DNA of 64,000 bases from Candidatus Brocadiia bacterium (lineage in GTDB: Bacteria > Planctomycetota > Brocadiia > CAIUPP01), in assembly GCA_050015075.1 (NCBI GenBank), contig JBEKCB010000025.1, forward strand, positions 18,820-82,819. The letters are read 5' to 3'. A program made the position numbers and the translations under genes. Within the stretch, counting starts at the first letter, position 1. Every line of letters begins with the position of its first letter. The notes below the pieces were generated by a model, which saw only the letters and a list, made by a program, of their open reading frames with translations, did not search any database and was not told the DNA's origin. This document shows positions 19,826 through 29,387 of the stretch, piece after piece.

Positions 19826-21442
19826 ATGCTCGCAAAGATTTTGGCGCTCGGTCTCTCTGCCGCGGCGGTCGCGGGGCTGGCGACTCCCTGTTGGAGCCAG
19901 GAAAAGACGGTCGTGATCTACACCCGGGACAATGCGCCGGCGGCGCCGAAGCTCGATGAGCTGCCGTTGAAGGACAGCGTGTCGCAGTACGGCATGACCT
20001 GGACGTTCGACAAGCCGGCGCGGGTCGGGCAGTTCGTCAACGGCGACTTCTACGTCGTCGGGCCGGTGACGATCACCGCGATCACGCCCAAGCCGCTTTA
20101 CGGCGCGGAAATCCCCGCCGCTCAACTGGACGCACAGGATAAGCGCCAGGCGGAGAAGGACCGCGTCCGCAACGGCTTCATGCTCAATCCGCCGGCCGCT
20201 CGAGAAGTCTCGTACGACAGCGGCGTCAAAAACTGGTTTCGCCCGTCGCTGATCCAGAAGCTCCCGGTCTCCATGAAGCCGGGCGATTCCCTCGTCTCGA
20301 CGATCAGCATGACGCTGGGAGTGGTCCTGCAGGCGCCGCTTCAGATGAATAGCGCCGAGACGGAATCCCGCGGCGTGGAGGACGCCAGTCCGGTCAAGGA
20401 CGCCGCCGTGCTGACCTGCGTAGCCGAGCCGCAACCGCCCGATGCGTTCCGCCCGGCGTTCTGCGACCGCACTCACAAAATCTACCTGGCGCGCAATCTG
20501 AAGCGCGAGCTGCTGCCCGCCGTCGCGGCGCCCGGCGACACGCCCAAACTCCAGCAATACATCGGCTGGACGCGGCGCCCGTGGGTCAACACCGGCTTCT
20601 TCGGCTTCGAGGAACCGGCCGACAACATGCCGTGGTACGGCCGCGAGGTCGGCCGCGTCGTCGGCAACGCGGCGCTGCTGCTGTGCTCCAACTTCACGCC
20701 GCAGGAAAAGGAACCGCTCCTCGACGATTTCGTCCAGGTGGGCATAGACCTGGGCGGCATGGTCCGCTCCGGACATCCCGGCTGGTACTGCTTCGGCGGC
20801 CACGGCAGCGGCCGCAAGCTGCCGATCGTCTTCGCAGGACTGCTCCTGGGCGACGAGGAACTTGCCCGCGTCAACAAGTCCTTCCCCAAAGCCTGTTTCG
20901 GCGAAGATGAGCAGACCGCCTACGGCGATTCCTGGACCGGGGCCAAGGTCGTCTTCACCGGCCACTCCGGGATAGATGGCCTCACCGGGATCGGCCGCGA
21001 CTACGCTCGAGGGCCTAACGCGTGGGGTCCCTACGAACACACGCCGCCAACCACGTGGGGCCCGGGCCAGAAAACCAGCGAAAGCTACCGCCGCGGCAGC
21101 ACCAGCGTCGGCTGGGTGGCGCAGGCGCTGGCCCTCCGCCTGCTGCACGCCGAAAAAGTCTGGGACCACGACGCGTTCTTCGATTACGTTGACCGCTGGA
21201 TGTACGAAAAGGACGACGGCTTCCGGCAGGCGATCAAGGCCGGCGCCGGTGTTGACTATCCCAGGATGGAGTGGTGCTGGCAAGGCCAATGCCCGGAACA
21301 GTTCGTCAACGAGATGTGGGCCAAATACCGCGTCGGCCCCGGCATGCCGCCGACCGACGGATGGAAACAGCAGCACGACGAGAGCTACTACAAGAACGCC
21401 ATCGCCAAAGAACTCAAAGGACCCGCGCAGAACGAGAGATAG
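19826..21442 (+). CDS. Secreted protein of unknown function, paralog 2
   Basis: GGAGGA RBS; signal peptide; collinear with paralogs 1 and 3. Confidence 0.9.
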   Translation: MLAKILALGLSAAAVAGLATPCWSQEKTVVIYTRDNAPAAPKLDELPLKDSVSQYGMTWTFDKPARVGQFVNGDFYVVGPVTITAITPKPLYGAEIPAAQLDAQDKRQAEKDRVRNGFMLNPPAAREVSYDSGVKNWFRPSLIQKLPVSMKPGDSLVSTISMTLGVVLQAPLQMNSAETESRGVEDASPVKDAAVLTCVAEPQPPDAFRPAFCDRTHKIYLARNLKRELLPAVAAPGDTPKLQQYIGWTRRPWVNTGFFGFEEPADNMPWYGREVGRVVGNAALLLCSNFTPQEKEPLLDDFVQVGIDLGGMVRSGHPGWYCFGGHGSGRKLPIVFAGLLLGDEELARVNKSFPKACFGEDEQTAYGDSWTGAKVVFTGHSGIDGLTGIGRDYARGPNAWGPYEHTPPTTWGPGQKTSESYRRGSTSVGWVAQALALRLLHAEKVWDHDAFFDYVDRWMYEKDDGFRQAIKAGAGVDYPRMEWCWQGQCPEQFVNEMWAKYRVGPGMPPTDGWKQQHDESYYKNAIAKELKGPAQNER

Positions 21443-21445
21443 CCT

Positions 21446-21922
21446 GTGACGATAATGGCGGAACTCATCCTGGTAAACCTGATCACAATAATAGTGATCG
21501 GGGCCGCGATGATTGCTGCCTGCCGTTCGATCTGCCGAGTCGCTCGCTGGATAAGTATGCCGAGCGCGCTCGTGGGGCTCCACGTGGTGGTTGTCGTCGC
21601 CACAATCATTCCTTCACTCTTCGGCGTGGGCGGCGTCCCGTTTGAGCCGCTGTACATCCCCTTCTTACTCTATCCTGGAGTGCTACTGGACTTTGCGAAT
21701 GGACGCTTCGCCTATCTTTTCTGGCCATGGTTGCAAGACAAGGTTGGCTTTCACCAAGCATGTTACCTGACCATCGTCGGAATTCCGGCTTCGTTGACAC
21801 TCCTCGCCGGCGCTGCAGCCTGGATGCTCGTTGCACGATTGCTCCAGCGGAGGCTGAAGAAGCCATCAGCCGACCAAGCACCGCACAGTATGATTCCCGG
21901 CGCGCCTGAGAATGGAGGATAG
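21446..21922 (+). CDS. Hypothetical membrane protein
   Basis: Three or four hydrophobic segments. Confidence 0.6.
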   Translation: MTIMAELILVNLITIIVIGAAMIAACRSICRVARWISMPSALVGLHVVVVVATIIPSLFGVGGVPFEPLYIPFLLYPGVLLDFANGRFAYLFWPWLQDKVGFHQACYLTIVGIPASLTLLAGAAAWMLVARLLQRRLKKPSADQAPHSMIPGAPENGG

Positions 21923-21923
21923 C

Positions 21924-22028
21924 GGGGCTGTTGGACAAGCCGGCGGGGAAGAGCCCGCTCCTCGCGCGTCTCCGCTGCGTCATTCCCGCGTTCGCGGGAA
22001 TGACAGAGAGGCTTTTTCAACAGCACCC
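21924..22028. repeat. MITE/REP-like element related to 14034-14181
   Basis: GGGGCTGTTGGA...GTCATTCCCGCGTTCGCGGGAATGAC...TTTTTCAACAGC. Confidence 0.65.
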
Positions 22029-22051
22029 ATCTTTCGCCGCGCGACTTTTCC

Positions 22052-22080
22052 TTGACAAGCGGGATTCGGAGGGTCAGAAT
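22052..22080 (+). promoter_or_regulatory. Shared promoter, copy 4
   Basis: TTGACA-agcgggattcggagggt-CAGAAT. Confidence 0.75.
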
Positions 22081-22155
22081 TCGATACTTGATGGCTGATT
22101 GTCATGCGAGCGGCCATCCGGGAAATGCCGGATTACCCGTTCAAGCGGGCGGCTC

Positions 22156-24855
22156 ATGTCTCGAAGAATGCTCGTCCTCCTCTGCACGCTGGTCCTGATC
22201 GGCTGCGCCGCGTGCTCGACTCCCGCCGGCAAAGGCGGCGCGCAGGACGGGCCGGCGCCGGCCGACAACGCTTCCACCCCGCCTGAAAAGCACGTTGAGA
22301 TCACCGACAGAGTCGCCCTGGCGCCGCTCCTTGACTACACGCGCCAGTCCGACGGCGCGCAGCGGACGGAGATTCTCTACGGCGCCTTCGCCTATCACAC
22401 TTCCGCCTCCGGCGAGACCGGCGGGAATCTCTTCCCGGTGTTCTGGGGCCGCGACTACTTTGACGTCTTCCCGCTCCTGTGGCATTGGGGCGGGAACACC
22501 GTCGTGTTCCCCGTGGTCTGGGTGATGGATTCCGGGCGCGTCATCGGGCCACTGATGTGGGGCGACGGCTACCTGTACGTCGTTCCGCTCTACTGGCGCT
22601 GGGACGGCAATCAACTGCTCTTCCCCATCGCATGGAAGATCGGCGACGATAAGGGGATCGGGCCGGTCTGGTGGGGCAAGGAATATTTCGACGTGTTTCC
22701 TCTCTATTGGAGCGTGGGCGGCAACAGGTTGCTTTTCCCGCTCGCCTGGGACACGGAGCGGGGCAACAAGGCCATCCTGCCGGTGCTCTGGGGCGAGAAC
22801 TATTTCCACGTGGTCCCGATTTACTGGAGTTGGGACGGCAACCAGGTCCTGTTCCCAATCGCGTGGAAAATCGGCGGCGGCAAGGGCGTCGGCCCGGTGT
22901 GGTGGGGCGAGGATTACTTCCACGTTTTCCCGGTTTGCTGGAACTGGGACGATAACCATCTGCTGCTCCCGCTCGCCTGGAAGATCGGCGACAGCAAAGG
23001 GATCGGGCCGGTCTGGTGGGGAAACGGTTACTTTGACGTGTTCCCCCTCTACTGGCGCTGGGGCGACAACCAGTTGCTGCTCCCGCTCGGCTGGGACATC
23101 GGCGACAGCAAAGGGATCGGGCCGGTCTGGTGGGGCAAGAGTTACTTTGACGTGTTCCCTCTTTACTGGCGCTGGGGCGATAACCAGTTGCTGCTCCCGC
23201 TCGGCTGGGACATCGGCCACAGCAAAGGGATCGGGCCGGTCTGGTGGGGCAAGGGCTACTTCGACGTGTTCCCTCTCTACTGGCGCTTGGGCGAGAATCA
23301 GTTGCTTATCCCGCTCGCCTGGGACATCGGCGGCAGCAAGGCCATCTTGCCGGCGTTCTGGGGCGAGGGGTATTTCCACGTGCTCCCGCTCTACTGGAGC
23401 TGGGGCGGCGACAGAGTCCTCTTCCCGATCGGCTGGAAGCTCGGCGACGACAAAGGAATCGGGCCGGTCTGGTGGGGCAAAGACTACTTCCACGTTTTCC
23501 CGGTTTACTGGAACTGGGACGGCAACCGTCTGCTCTTCCCGATCGCGTGGAAGATCGGCGATAACAAGGGCGTGGGGCCGGTCTGGTGGAGCGAAGATCA
23601 TTTTTACGTCTTCCCCATTTACTGGCGCTGGGGTGAGAACCAGGCGCTTTTCCCGCTCGCCTGGGACATCGGGGGCGACAAGGCCATCCTGCCGGTGTTC
23701 TGGGGCGAAGGCTATTTCCACGTCGCCCCGCTTTACTGGAGCTGGGGGAGCAACAGTATCCTCTTCCCGATCGGCTGGAAGATCGGGGACGACAAAGGCG
23801 TCGGCCCAGTCTGGTGGGGCAAGAATTACTTCGACGTGTTTCCGCTCTACTGGAAATGGAAGCAGAACCAATTGCTCCTGCCCATCGCATGGAAGATCGG
23901 CGACGACAAGGGCGTCGGTCCGGTCTGGTGGGGTAAGGATTACTTCGACGTGTTTCCGCTTTACTGGAAATGGAACCACAACCAACTGCTCCTGCCCGCC
24001 GCCTGGAAGATCGGCGACAGCAAAGGGATCGGTCCGGTCTGGTGGGGCAAGGATTATTTTGACGTGTTCCCGCTTTACTGGAAATGGAGGCAGAACCAAT
24101 TGCTCCTGCCCATCGCATGGAAGATCGGCGAGGACAAGGGCGTCGGTCCGGTCTGGTGGGGCAAGGATTACTTCGACGTGTTCCCGCTTTACTGGAAATG
24201 GAAGCAGAACCAATTGCTCCTGCCCATCGCATGGAAGATCGGCGACAGCAAAGGGATCGGTCCGGTCTGGTGGGGCAAGGATTACTTCGACGTGTTCCCG
24301 CTTTACTGGCACTGGCGGGATAACCATCTGCTGCTGCCCATCGGCTGGAGCATCAACGGCAACAAAGGGATCGGCCCGGTCTGGTGGGGCAAGGACTACG
24401 TCAACGTCTTCCCCCTTTACTGGAAGTCGGGAAACGATCAGGCCCTCTTTCCGCTCGCGTGGAACGTTTCGGGGAACAAGGGCATCGGCCCGGTCTGGTG
24501 GGGCCGGAACTACTTTCACGTGTTCCCGCTCTACTGGCAATGGAACGACAAGAAACTCATCCTTCCGTTCATCTACGAGCAGGCCGGGAAAGACAGCTAC
24601 GACTTCCGTTTTCTCTGGCGGTTGGTGCACTATCAGCGCGACGCCGACGGGCGGCTGTTCGAGCTTCAGCCGCTGATGACCTCCGAACGCACGGAGACAA
24701 CCCGGCGCTTTTCCGTCCTAGGGATCGGTTGGGAGAAAACCCCGTCCGGCCGCGCGCTGACGATCCTCTGGTGGAAAATCCCCCTCGGTGGCGCGAGCCA
24801 GGACCCGCCGAAGAAGCCGGTGACGCTGATGAGCAATCCCGCCTCCGGCGGGTGA
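22156..24855 (+). CDS. Trp-rich tandem-repeat lipoprotein (19 x ~38 aa)
   Basis: Lipobox-like LIGCAAC; unit KGIGPVWWGKDYFDVFPLYWKWKQNQLLLPIAWKIGDS. Confidence 0.85.
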   Translation: MSRRMLVLLCTLVLIGCAACSTPAGKGGAQDGPAPADNASTPPEKHVEITDRVALAPLLDYTRQSDGAQRTEILYGAFAYHTSASGETGGNLFPVFWGRDYFDVFPLLWHWGGNTVVFPVVWVMDSGRVIGPLMWGDGYLYVVPLYWRWDGNQLLFPIAWKIGDDKGIGPVWWGKEYFDVFPLYWSVGGNRLLFPLAWDTERGNKAILPVLWGENYFHVVPIYWSWDGNQVLFPIAWKIGGGKGVGPVWWGEDYFHVFPVCWNWDDNHLLLPLAWKIGDSKGIGPVWWGNGYFDVFPLYWRWGDNQLLLPLGWDIGDSKGIGPVWWGKSYFDVFPLYWRWGDNQLLLPLGWDIGHSKGIGPVWWGKGYFDVFPLYWRLGENQLLIPLAWDIGGSKAILPAFWGEGYFHVLPLYWSWGGDRVLFPIGWKLGDDKGIGPVWWGKDYFHVFPVYWNWDGNRLLFPIAWKIGDNKGVGPVWWSEDHFYVFPIYWRWGENQALFPLAWDIGGDKAILPVFWGEGYFHVAPLYWSWGSNSILFPIGWKIGDDKGVGPVWWGKNYFDVFPLYWKWKQNQLLLPIAWKIGDDKGVGPVWWGKDYFDVFPLYWKWNHNQLLLPAAWKIGDSKGIGPVWWGKDYFDVFPLYWKWRQNQLLLPIAWKIGEDKGVGPVWWGKDYFDVFPLYWKWKQNQLLLPIAWKIGDSKGIGPVWWGKDYFDVFPLYWHWRDNHLLLPIGWSINGNKGIGPVWWGKDYVNVFPLYWKSGNDQALFPLAWNVSGNKGIGPVWWGRNYFHVFPLYWQWNDKKLILPFIYEQAGKDSYDFRFLWRLVHYQRDADGRLFELQPLMTSERTETTRRFSVLGIGWEKTPSGRALTILWWKIPLGGASQDPPKKPVTLMSNPASGG

Positions 24856-24895
24856 AGTCATTCATGACCGCCGCGCCGGCGCAACCTTTTTGCGC

Positions 24896-27800
24896 TCACC
24901 GGAGATCCCCGGTGTGGGGCGCTTGCGGGCTGGCCGGAGTCCCCTTCGCCTTTTCCGCCGGCGGAGCCTCCATGGGGTTTTCGGGCACTGCGTTCACATC
25001 CGATACCGTCGCTGTAACGCTGACTCCTGCCGCGTCGAAAGACTCGGCCAGGTGGTCCAGAATCCAGGCCTTTCCGCCCAACGTGGTGAACCTCATGTCG
25101 AATTCCGCGACTCCGTGGGTGTCTGGATAGCTCGGCGGCAGAGAGACCGTAACGTGCGTCGGCGCTCTTCCTCCATCGGGGAGCGCCTCCCAATCACCGT
25201 ATTCGATAACGAATTCGCACCGGCCCTCAAGAAATCCTTCCTCTCGAAGCACGTCGCCGGTTTCCTTGTCAATCCAAACCTGATCAAGATCCGCATGGCT
25301 GTCCCTGAATCCATACCAACGATCCCAGATTCCGCAGGCTACGCGCATCGGCAAAGTCAATTTCGGCCCGGGATTCCTGGCCTTGAGCTCACGGTAGTAT
25401 GCTTCGTTCATCATCCGCTCGCCTTCCCCCAGAAACAAATCCGGCGTGCCGTTTTCTCCGCCGGCCCAGTAGTTTAGGACTGTGATTGAGCTCTTGCCGG
25501 TAAACTTTAGATTATACTCCCGGACGATGACGGGGCGAGTCTCGCCGTGCAAATCGCGCATGCTTAAACTGATGATCTCCTCACCCCATTCGATGCGCGC
25601 GGGATTCGCACGCTGAGCGGCCAGGAGTGCCTTCCAGCTTGGCCCTTCCTCGCGGAGGCACTTCAGCCCGATTACAGTTCGTTTCACTCCCCCGATCTCC
25701 TGCTCGGCCGGGAAAAACTCGTATTCATACTTGGCCCCTGTGGCCGCCGCCCTCAGACCTGCGTCCCACTGCTGGATTGCTTTTTCGCTGGGCCGGCCGA
25801 TGGGCTTGATGTGCAGCACGAACGCCTCCCTGCCGGAGGCCGCCTCTTCGCCGATCATGGAGACGCCATAACGCTGAGGGGCTGCCTGAAATTCCTCCAG
25901 GGGCGAGACGAAGGTCACGCCTTGAACAATAGTGCGCAGCCCGATCGGGTAGGGAGTGTTGCGCGGGTCGTAAGTGTCGTCCGCCTTGCCGCTGTAGATC
26001 TTCTCTTTGGGGAAAGCTATGGTGAGGTCGTTCGGCGCGGTGTACGCCACTTCGGCCTCCCATGTGTTGTCCTTGCCCGTATGCGCCATTGAAAACGTAT
26101 ACGCTAGGCTCCTCAACGGCGGCCTGAGCCACGGGCTGTTCTCTTTCAGCATCTTTGAGATCAGTTCCTGCGACGCGGGTTGTCCGGGCCCCTGCTTCAG
26201 AATTGCGTCTAACCCGATCGTTTTCGCTTCCTTCGTCCCTGTGAGGTTACTGCCGCCTTCCGCCGGCTTTTCCGTTGACGCCGGCGGGGAACTGCTCGGC
26301 AGCGGTGAAGCGCTCTGAGGCTTTCCCATTGTGCTGCGCAGTTCGAGGTTGGAGGCTATGTCCGAAAGAAAGACATAGTCCGGCCCCTTCCAATAATATG
26401 GTCCTCTACGCAACGCCTCCGGGGTTTCATCGCTGACGCCGCCGTGGTCCACGTTGTCCTCTCCAACGCTCCAAACCTTCCAGCCGGTCTCCGTCCGCGC
26501 ATAGCGCATCGGCTCGCCGGAGAAGGGGTCAATCCGCCTCGAGGGCAGGATGCCGGGACAGAGCAAGTCAAGGCTGTCGGGCGGCGCGCCATGGGCCTTT
26601 TGATAAAGTGCAATCGCGGCCCGAATCTCCGTCGCGCGCAGACGCACGTCCAGTCTGCCGAGTTCGCCGAAAGCCCGAACAATGGGCCGAAATATGGGAT
26701 CGGGAACCGCGCCAGGCTCTTTCGTCCCAATCTCCACGATCTCCTTTGCCGTGTTCTGCTGGAGCAGTTCCGCAAGAGTTTTCTTCTCGATGATCCGGGA
26801 CAATGCGGCGCGCTGCTTGCGCCACTGGTCGTAGATGATGGCATTGCCCGCCGGATTCTTCTCCAGCGACATCAAGACTTCACCGTAAGCGACCTCCGTC
26901 GCCCAACACGTCGCCGGTTCGTCCGGACGGACCTCAGCCTCGCGGCACTGGCGGATAACCGTTCGCAAAGCCGCCTCGTCGAGTCCGCCGTTCGCGACCA
27001 ACGCGTCCATGTTTCTCTGGCCGATCGCCATGATGGCCATGGCGACGAGTTCCTGGATCAGTGGGCCGTGCTGCCGCAGCGCTGTTCCCAGTTGCAGGCA
27101 CTCTGCGTACGTCCTCGCCGCGTCGTCGGGCCTTCCTTGCAGTTCCGCCAGAAAGCCGGCGTCCGCGCAGGTCCGGGCCAGGTTCCTCACCGCGGCGAGG
27201 AACTCGACGTCGGCTACGGGCTGTCCCTCCTTCTTCGAGATAAGGAAGATGGGACGATAGACTTTCTGCTTGAGCCCTTCTCGCATGAGTTTGAACGCGG
27301 GCTGATTCAACTCCACCCACTTTTCGAACGCCGCGACGTTGCCGGTATATGGCTCGATTCCCCTCAATGACCCGGCCGGCCTTTCCTCAAAGGGCGCGAC
27401 TGCCTTCGCGGCCTTCGCAAAGTAATACGCCGCATTCTGCTCCGCCGGGACGTCCGGCCAAAGAGCGCCGAATTTTCTGATCTCCTCCGGCGTCGGCGCG
27501 CGCAGCGCGTCGTCGGTCGCCGGCACCTCATGCAGGCGGGAATACTCATCGAGCGGCGTTACTATCTCGCTGCCATTCGCCGCCGGCGCTTCCGCCTTCT
27601 GCTCGCCGCCGGCCTTCGACGCGCCCAGGGCGACGACGCACGCCAGCAAGGCGGCGATCAGCACCGTCCCGCCCACCCACACGGATGCGCGGCGGTCTCG
27701 GCGCGCGTCCGCCGACAGAAGCCGCCGTATTCGCCCAAGCAGTTGCCCGCCTGCGGCCGGGACAAGTCTCGGAGCGGCGACGCTCATCTCGGCGAGCCGG

Positions 27801-28699
27801 GCCAGCGCGCGGGCGTAGAGGGCGGGATCGCCGCAGGCGGAGACGGCCAGGTCGTCGCAACAATGCTCGCGCTCGACGCGCACGCGGCGCGAGACCCAGT
27901 GCACGGCGGGATGGTAGAAGAGGAGCGTTTCGGCGACGGTCTGGAAAAGGTTGACGAGGTAGTCATGGCGGCGGACGTGCGCCAGCTCATGGGCCAGGAT
28001 CGCCTCCAACTGCTGCGGCGACAATTGAGTCAGGACGCTGGCGGGGAAGAGGATCACGGGCCGGAACCAGCCGATCACGACCGGCGCGTCGGCGATGGCG
28101 GATGTCAGCAGGCGGACGGGGCGCGCTACGCTCAGTTTGCGGGTGAGATCTTTCAGGCGATCCTGGAGCGTTTCGGACGCCCCGACGCCGGACCGCCGGA
28201 TTCGCCTCACGCCGCTCCAGCCGAAGAGCAGACGGATCGAAAGGCACAGCACGCCACAGAACCACGCGCCGACGAACCATCGCAGGTTGGCCTCGATCCA
28301 ATGCATCGCCCGCGCTTGCCAGGGGCGAGGCGCGGCCGGCGGGAGAAGCGGCGGCGGCCTGGGAGAAACACGCGCCGCAGAAGGATCAGCGGCCGGCGCG
28401 GAAACGGCGACGTTTCCCGATGGAGCGTTATCCGGCAGTTCAGGAAGTCCGGCCAACGCTCGCTGCGGGCTTCCCGGCAGCGGCGCGAGATGCCAATACG
28501 TGAGGACCGGCGCGGCGGTCATGAGCAGCAGCGCGCCGCACGCGGCCACGTATCGCGCGCCGGCGGTTGCGCGACGCAGCAGAAGCAGCGTCAGCGTCAG
28601 CAGCACCGCAACCGCCGCACCCTGCCACAGGAAGTGAATCAACGCCCAGCCGAACCGCACGACCGCCGGATGCGACAGGAGAGATTGCAGCCCGCTCAT
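24896..28699 (-). CDS. BlaR1/M56 family metallopeptidase with large extracytoplasmic region
   Basis: HFLWQG, HELAHVRRHD, REHCCDD. Confidence 0.9.
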   Translation of the reverse strand: MSGLQSLLSHPAVVRFGWALIHFLWQGAAVAVLLTLTLLLLRRATAGARYVAACGALLLMTAAPVLTYWHLAPLPGSPQRALAGLPELPDNAPSGNVAVSAPAADPSAARVSPRPPPLLPPAAPRPWQARAMHWIEANLRWFVGAWFCGVLCLSIRLLFGWSGVRRIRRSGVGASETLQDRLKDLTRKLSVARPVRLLTSAIADAPVVIGWFRPVILFPASVLTQLSPQQLEAILAHELAHVRRHDYLVNLFQTVAETLLFYHPAVHWVSRRVRVEREHCCDDLAVSACGDPALYARALARLAEMSVAAPRLVPAAGGQLLGRIRRLLSADARRDRRASVWVGGTVLIAALLACVVALGASKAGGEQKAEAPAANGSEIVTPLDEYSRLHEVPATDDALRAPTPEEIRKFGALWPDVPAEQNAAYYFAKAAKAVAPFEERPAGSLRGIEPYTGNVAAFEKWVELNQPAFKLMREGLKQKVYRPIFLISKKEGQPVADVEFLAAVRNLARTCADAGFLAELQGRPDDAARTYAECLQLGTALRQHGPLIQELVAMAIMAIGQRNMDALVANGGLDEAALRTVIRQCREAEVRPDEPATCWATEVAYGEVLMSLEKNPAGNAIIYDQWRKQRAALSRIIEKKTLAELLQQNTAKEIVEIGTKEPGAVPDPIFRPIVRAFGELGRLDVRLRATEIRAAIALYQKAHGAPPDSLDLLCPGILPSRRIDPFSGEPMRYARTETGWKVWSVGEDNVDHGGVSDETPEALRRGPYYWKGPDYVFLSDIASNLELRSTMGKPQSASPLPSSSPPASTEKPAEGGSNLTGTKEAKTIGLDAILKQGPGQPASQELISKMLKENSPWLRPPLRSLAYTFSMAHTGKDNTWEAEVAYTAPNDLTIAFPKEKIYSGKADDTYDPRNTPYPIGLRTIVQGVTFVSPLEEFQAAPQRYGVSMIGEEAASGREAFVLHIKPIGRPSEKAIQQWDAGLRAAATGAKYEYEFFPAEQEIGGVKRTVIGLKCLREEGPSWKALLAAQRANPARIEWGEEIISLSMRDLHGETRPVIVREYNLKFTGKSSITVLNYWAGGENGTPDLFLGEGERMMNEAYYRELKARNPGPKLTLPMRVACGIWDRWYGFRDSHADLDQVWIDKETGDVLREEGFLEGRCEFVIEYGDWEALPDGGRAPTHVTVSLPPSYPDTHGVAEFDMRFTTLGGKAWILDHLAESFDAAGVSVTATVSDVNAVPENPMEAPPAEKAKGTPASPQAPHTGDLR

Positions 28700-29088
28700 T
28701 TTCGGCCCTCCTCGAATTCATCCAGAAGCTTGCGGATTCTCGCGATCTCGCCGCGCGACATCTTCCTGGCATGGAGCGCGTGCATCAGGAGCTTCTCCGC
28801 CGATCCCCCGAAGGCGCGCTCGAGCATGTCCTCAGCCAGCCGGCGAAGGGTTCGTTCCCTGGGCATGGCCGCGCGGCAGACGTGCGCGCGCTGCGACTCG
28901 TCGCGCAGCACCAGGCCCTTCTCCGTCATGATCTGGATGAGCTTGAGCGTGGTCGTATAGCGCGTGTCGCGGTCCGCGCTGAGCGCCTCGTGCACGTCCC
29001 GGACCGTGCACGGGCCGCGCTCCCAAAGCACGTTGAGGATCTCGAGTTCCGCGTCGGTGGGTCGCCGCAAACCCCTCTCGGCCATCAT
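28696..29088 (-). CDS. BlaI/MecI/CopY family repressor
   Basis: PTDAELEILNVLW, YTTTLKLIQIMTEKG; 4-bp overlap with the M56 gene. Confidence 0.92.
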   Translation of the reverse strand: MMAERGLRRPTDAELEILNVLWERGPCTVRDVHEALSADRDTRYTTTLKLIQIMTEKGLVLRDESQRAHVCRAAMPRERTLRRLAEDMLERAFGGSAEKLLMHALHARKMSRGEIARIRKLLDEFEEGRK

Positions 29089-29119
29089 CGTTCCTCCCCT
29101 GGAATCATCACCTGACGGA

Positions 29120-29164
29120 ATTATATACGACGAGCTTCGTATTGTCAACGAAGATTTTCGTATT
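29120..29164 (-). promoter_or_regulatory. Consensus promoter of blaI-M56 with palindromic operator(s)
   Basis: TTGACA (29148-29143)-N17-TATAAT (29125-29120); ATACGA-N6-TCGTAT in the spacer; a second ACGAA..TTCGT adjacent. Confidence 0.8.
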
Positions 29165-29309
29165 TCTTAACCGCGTTGCGCCTTTTGCCGTCGCCGGTCC
29201 ACCGGAAAGCCCCGGCTCCGGCCTCATCAACGGCGCGACGTGACGAGCGCGCAGGGGCCGATCGTTTTCCAGTGTCGCCTTAGTCCGGGCGGCCGGAGAA
29301 GAGGCCTCC

Positions 29310-29338
29310 TTGACAAGCGAGATTCCGAGGGTCAGAAT
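29310..29338 (+). promoter_or_regulatory. Shared promoter, copy 5
   Basis: TTGACA-agcgagattccgagggt-CAGAAT. Confidence 0.75.
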
Positions 29339-29387
29339 GCGACGCGGGATGGCTGACCGTCGAGGTGCAAAGGAACGGAGGAATATC

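Noticed and set aside
22420-24570. 114-bp tandem repeats as CRISPR or DGR template/variable repeats
   Set aside because: They are contiguous in-frame coding repeats without unique spacers. There is no reverse transcriptase in the window and no adenine-specific variation was evident.
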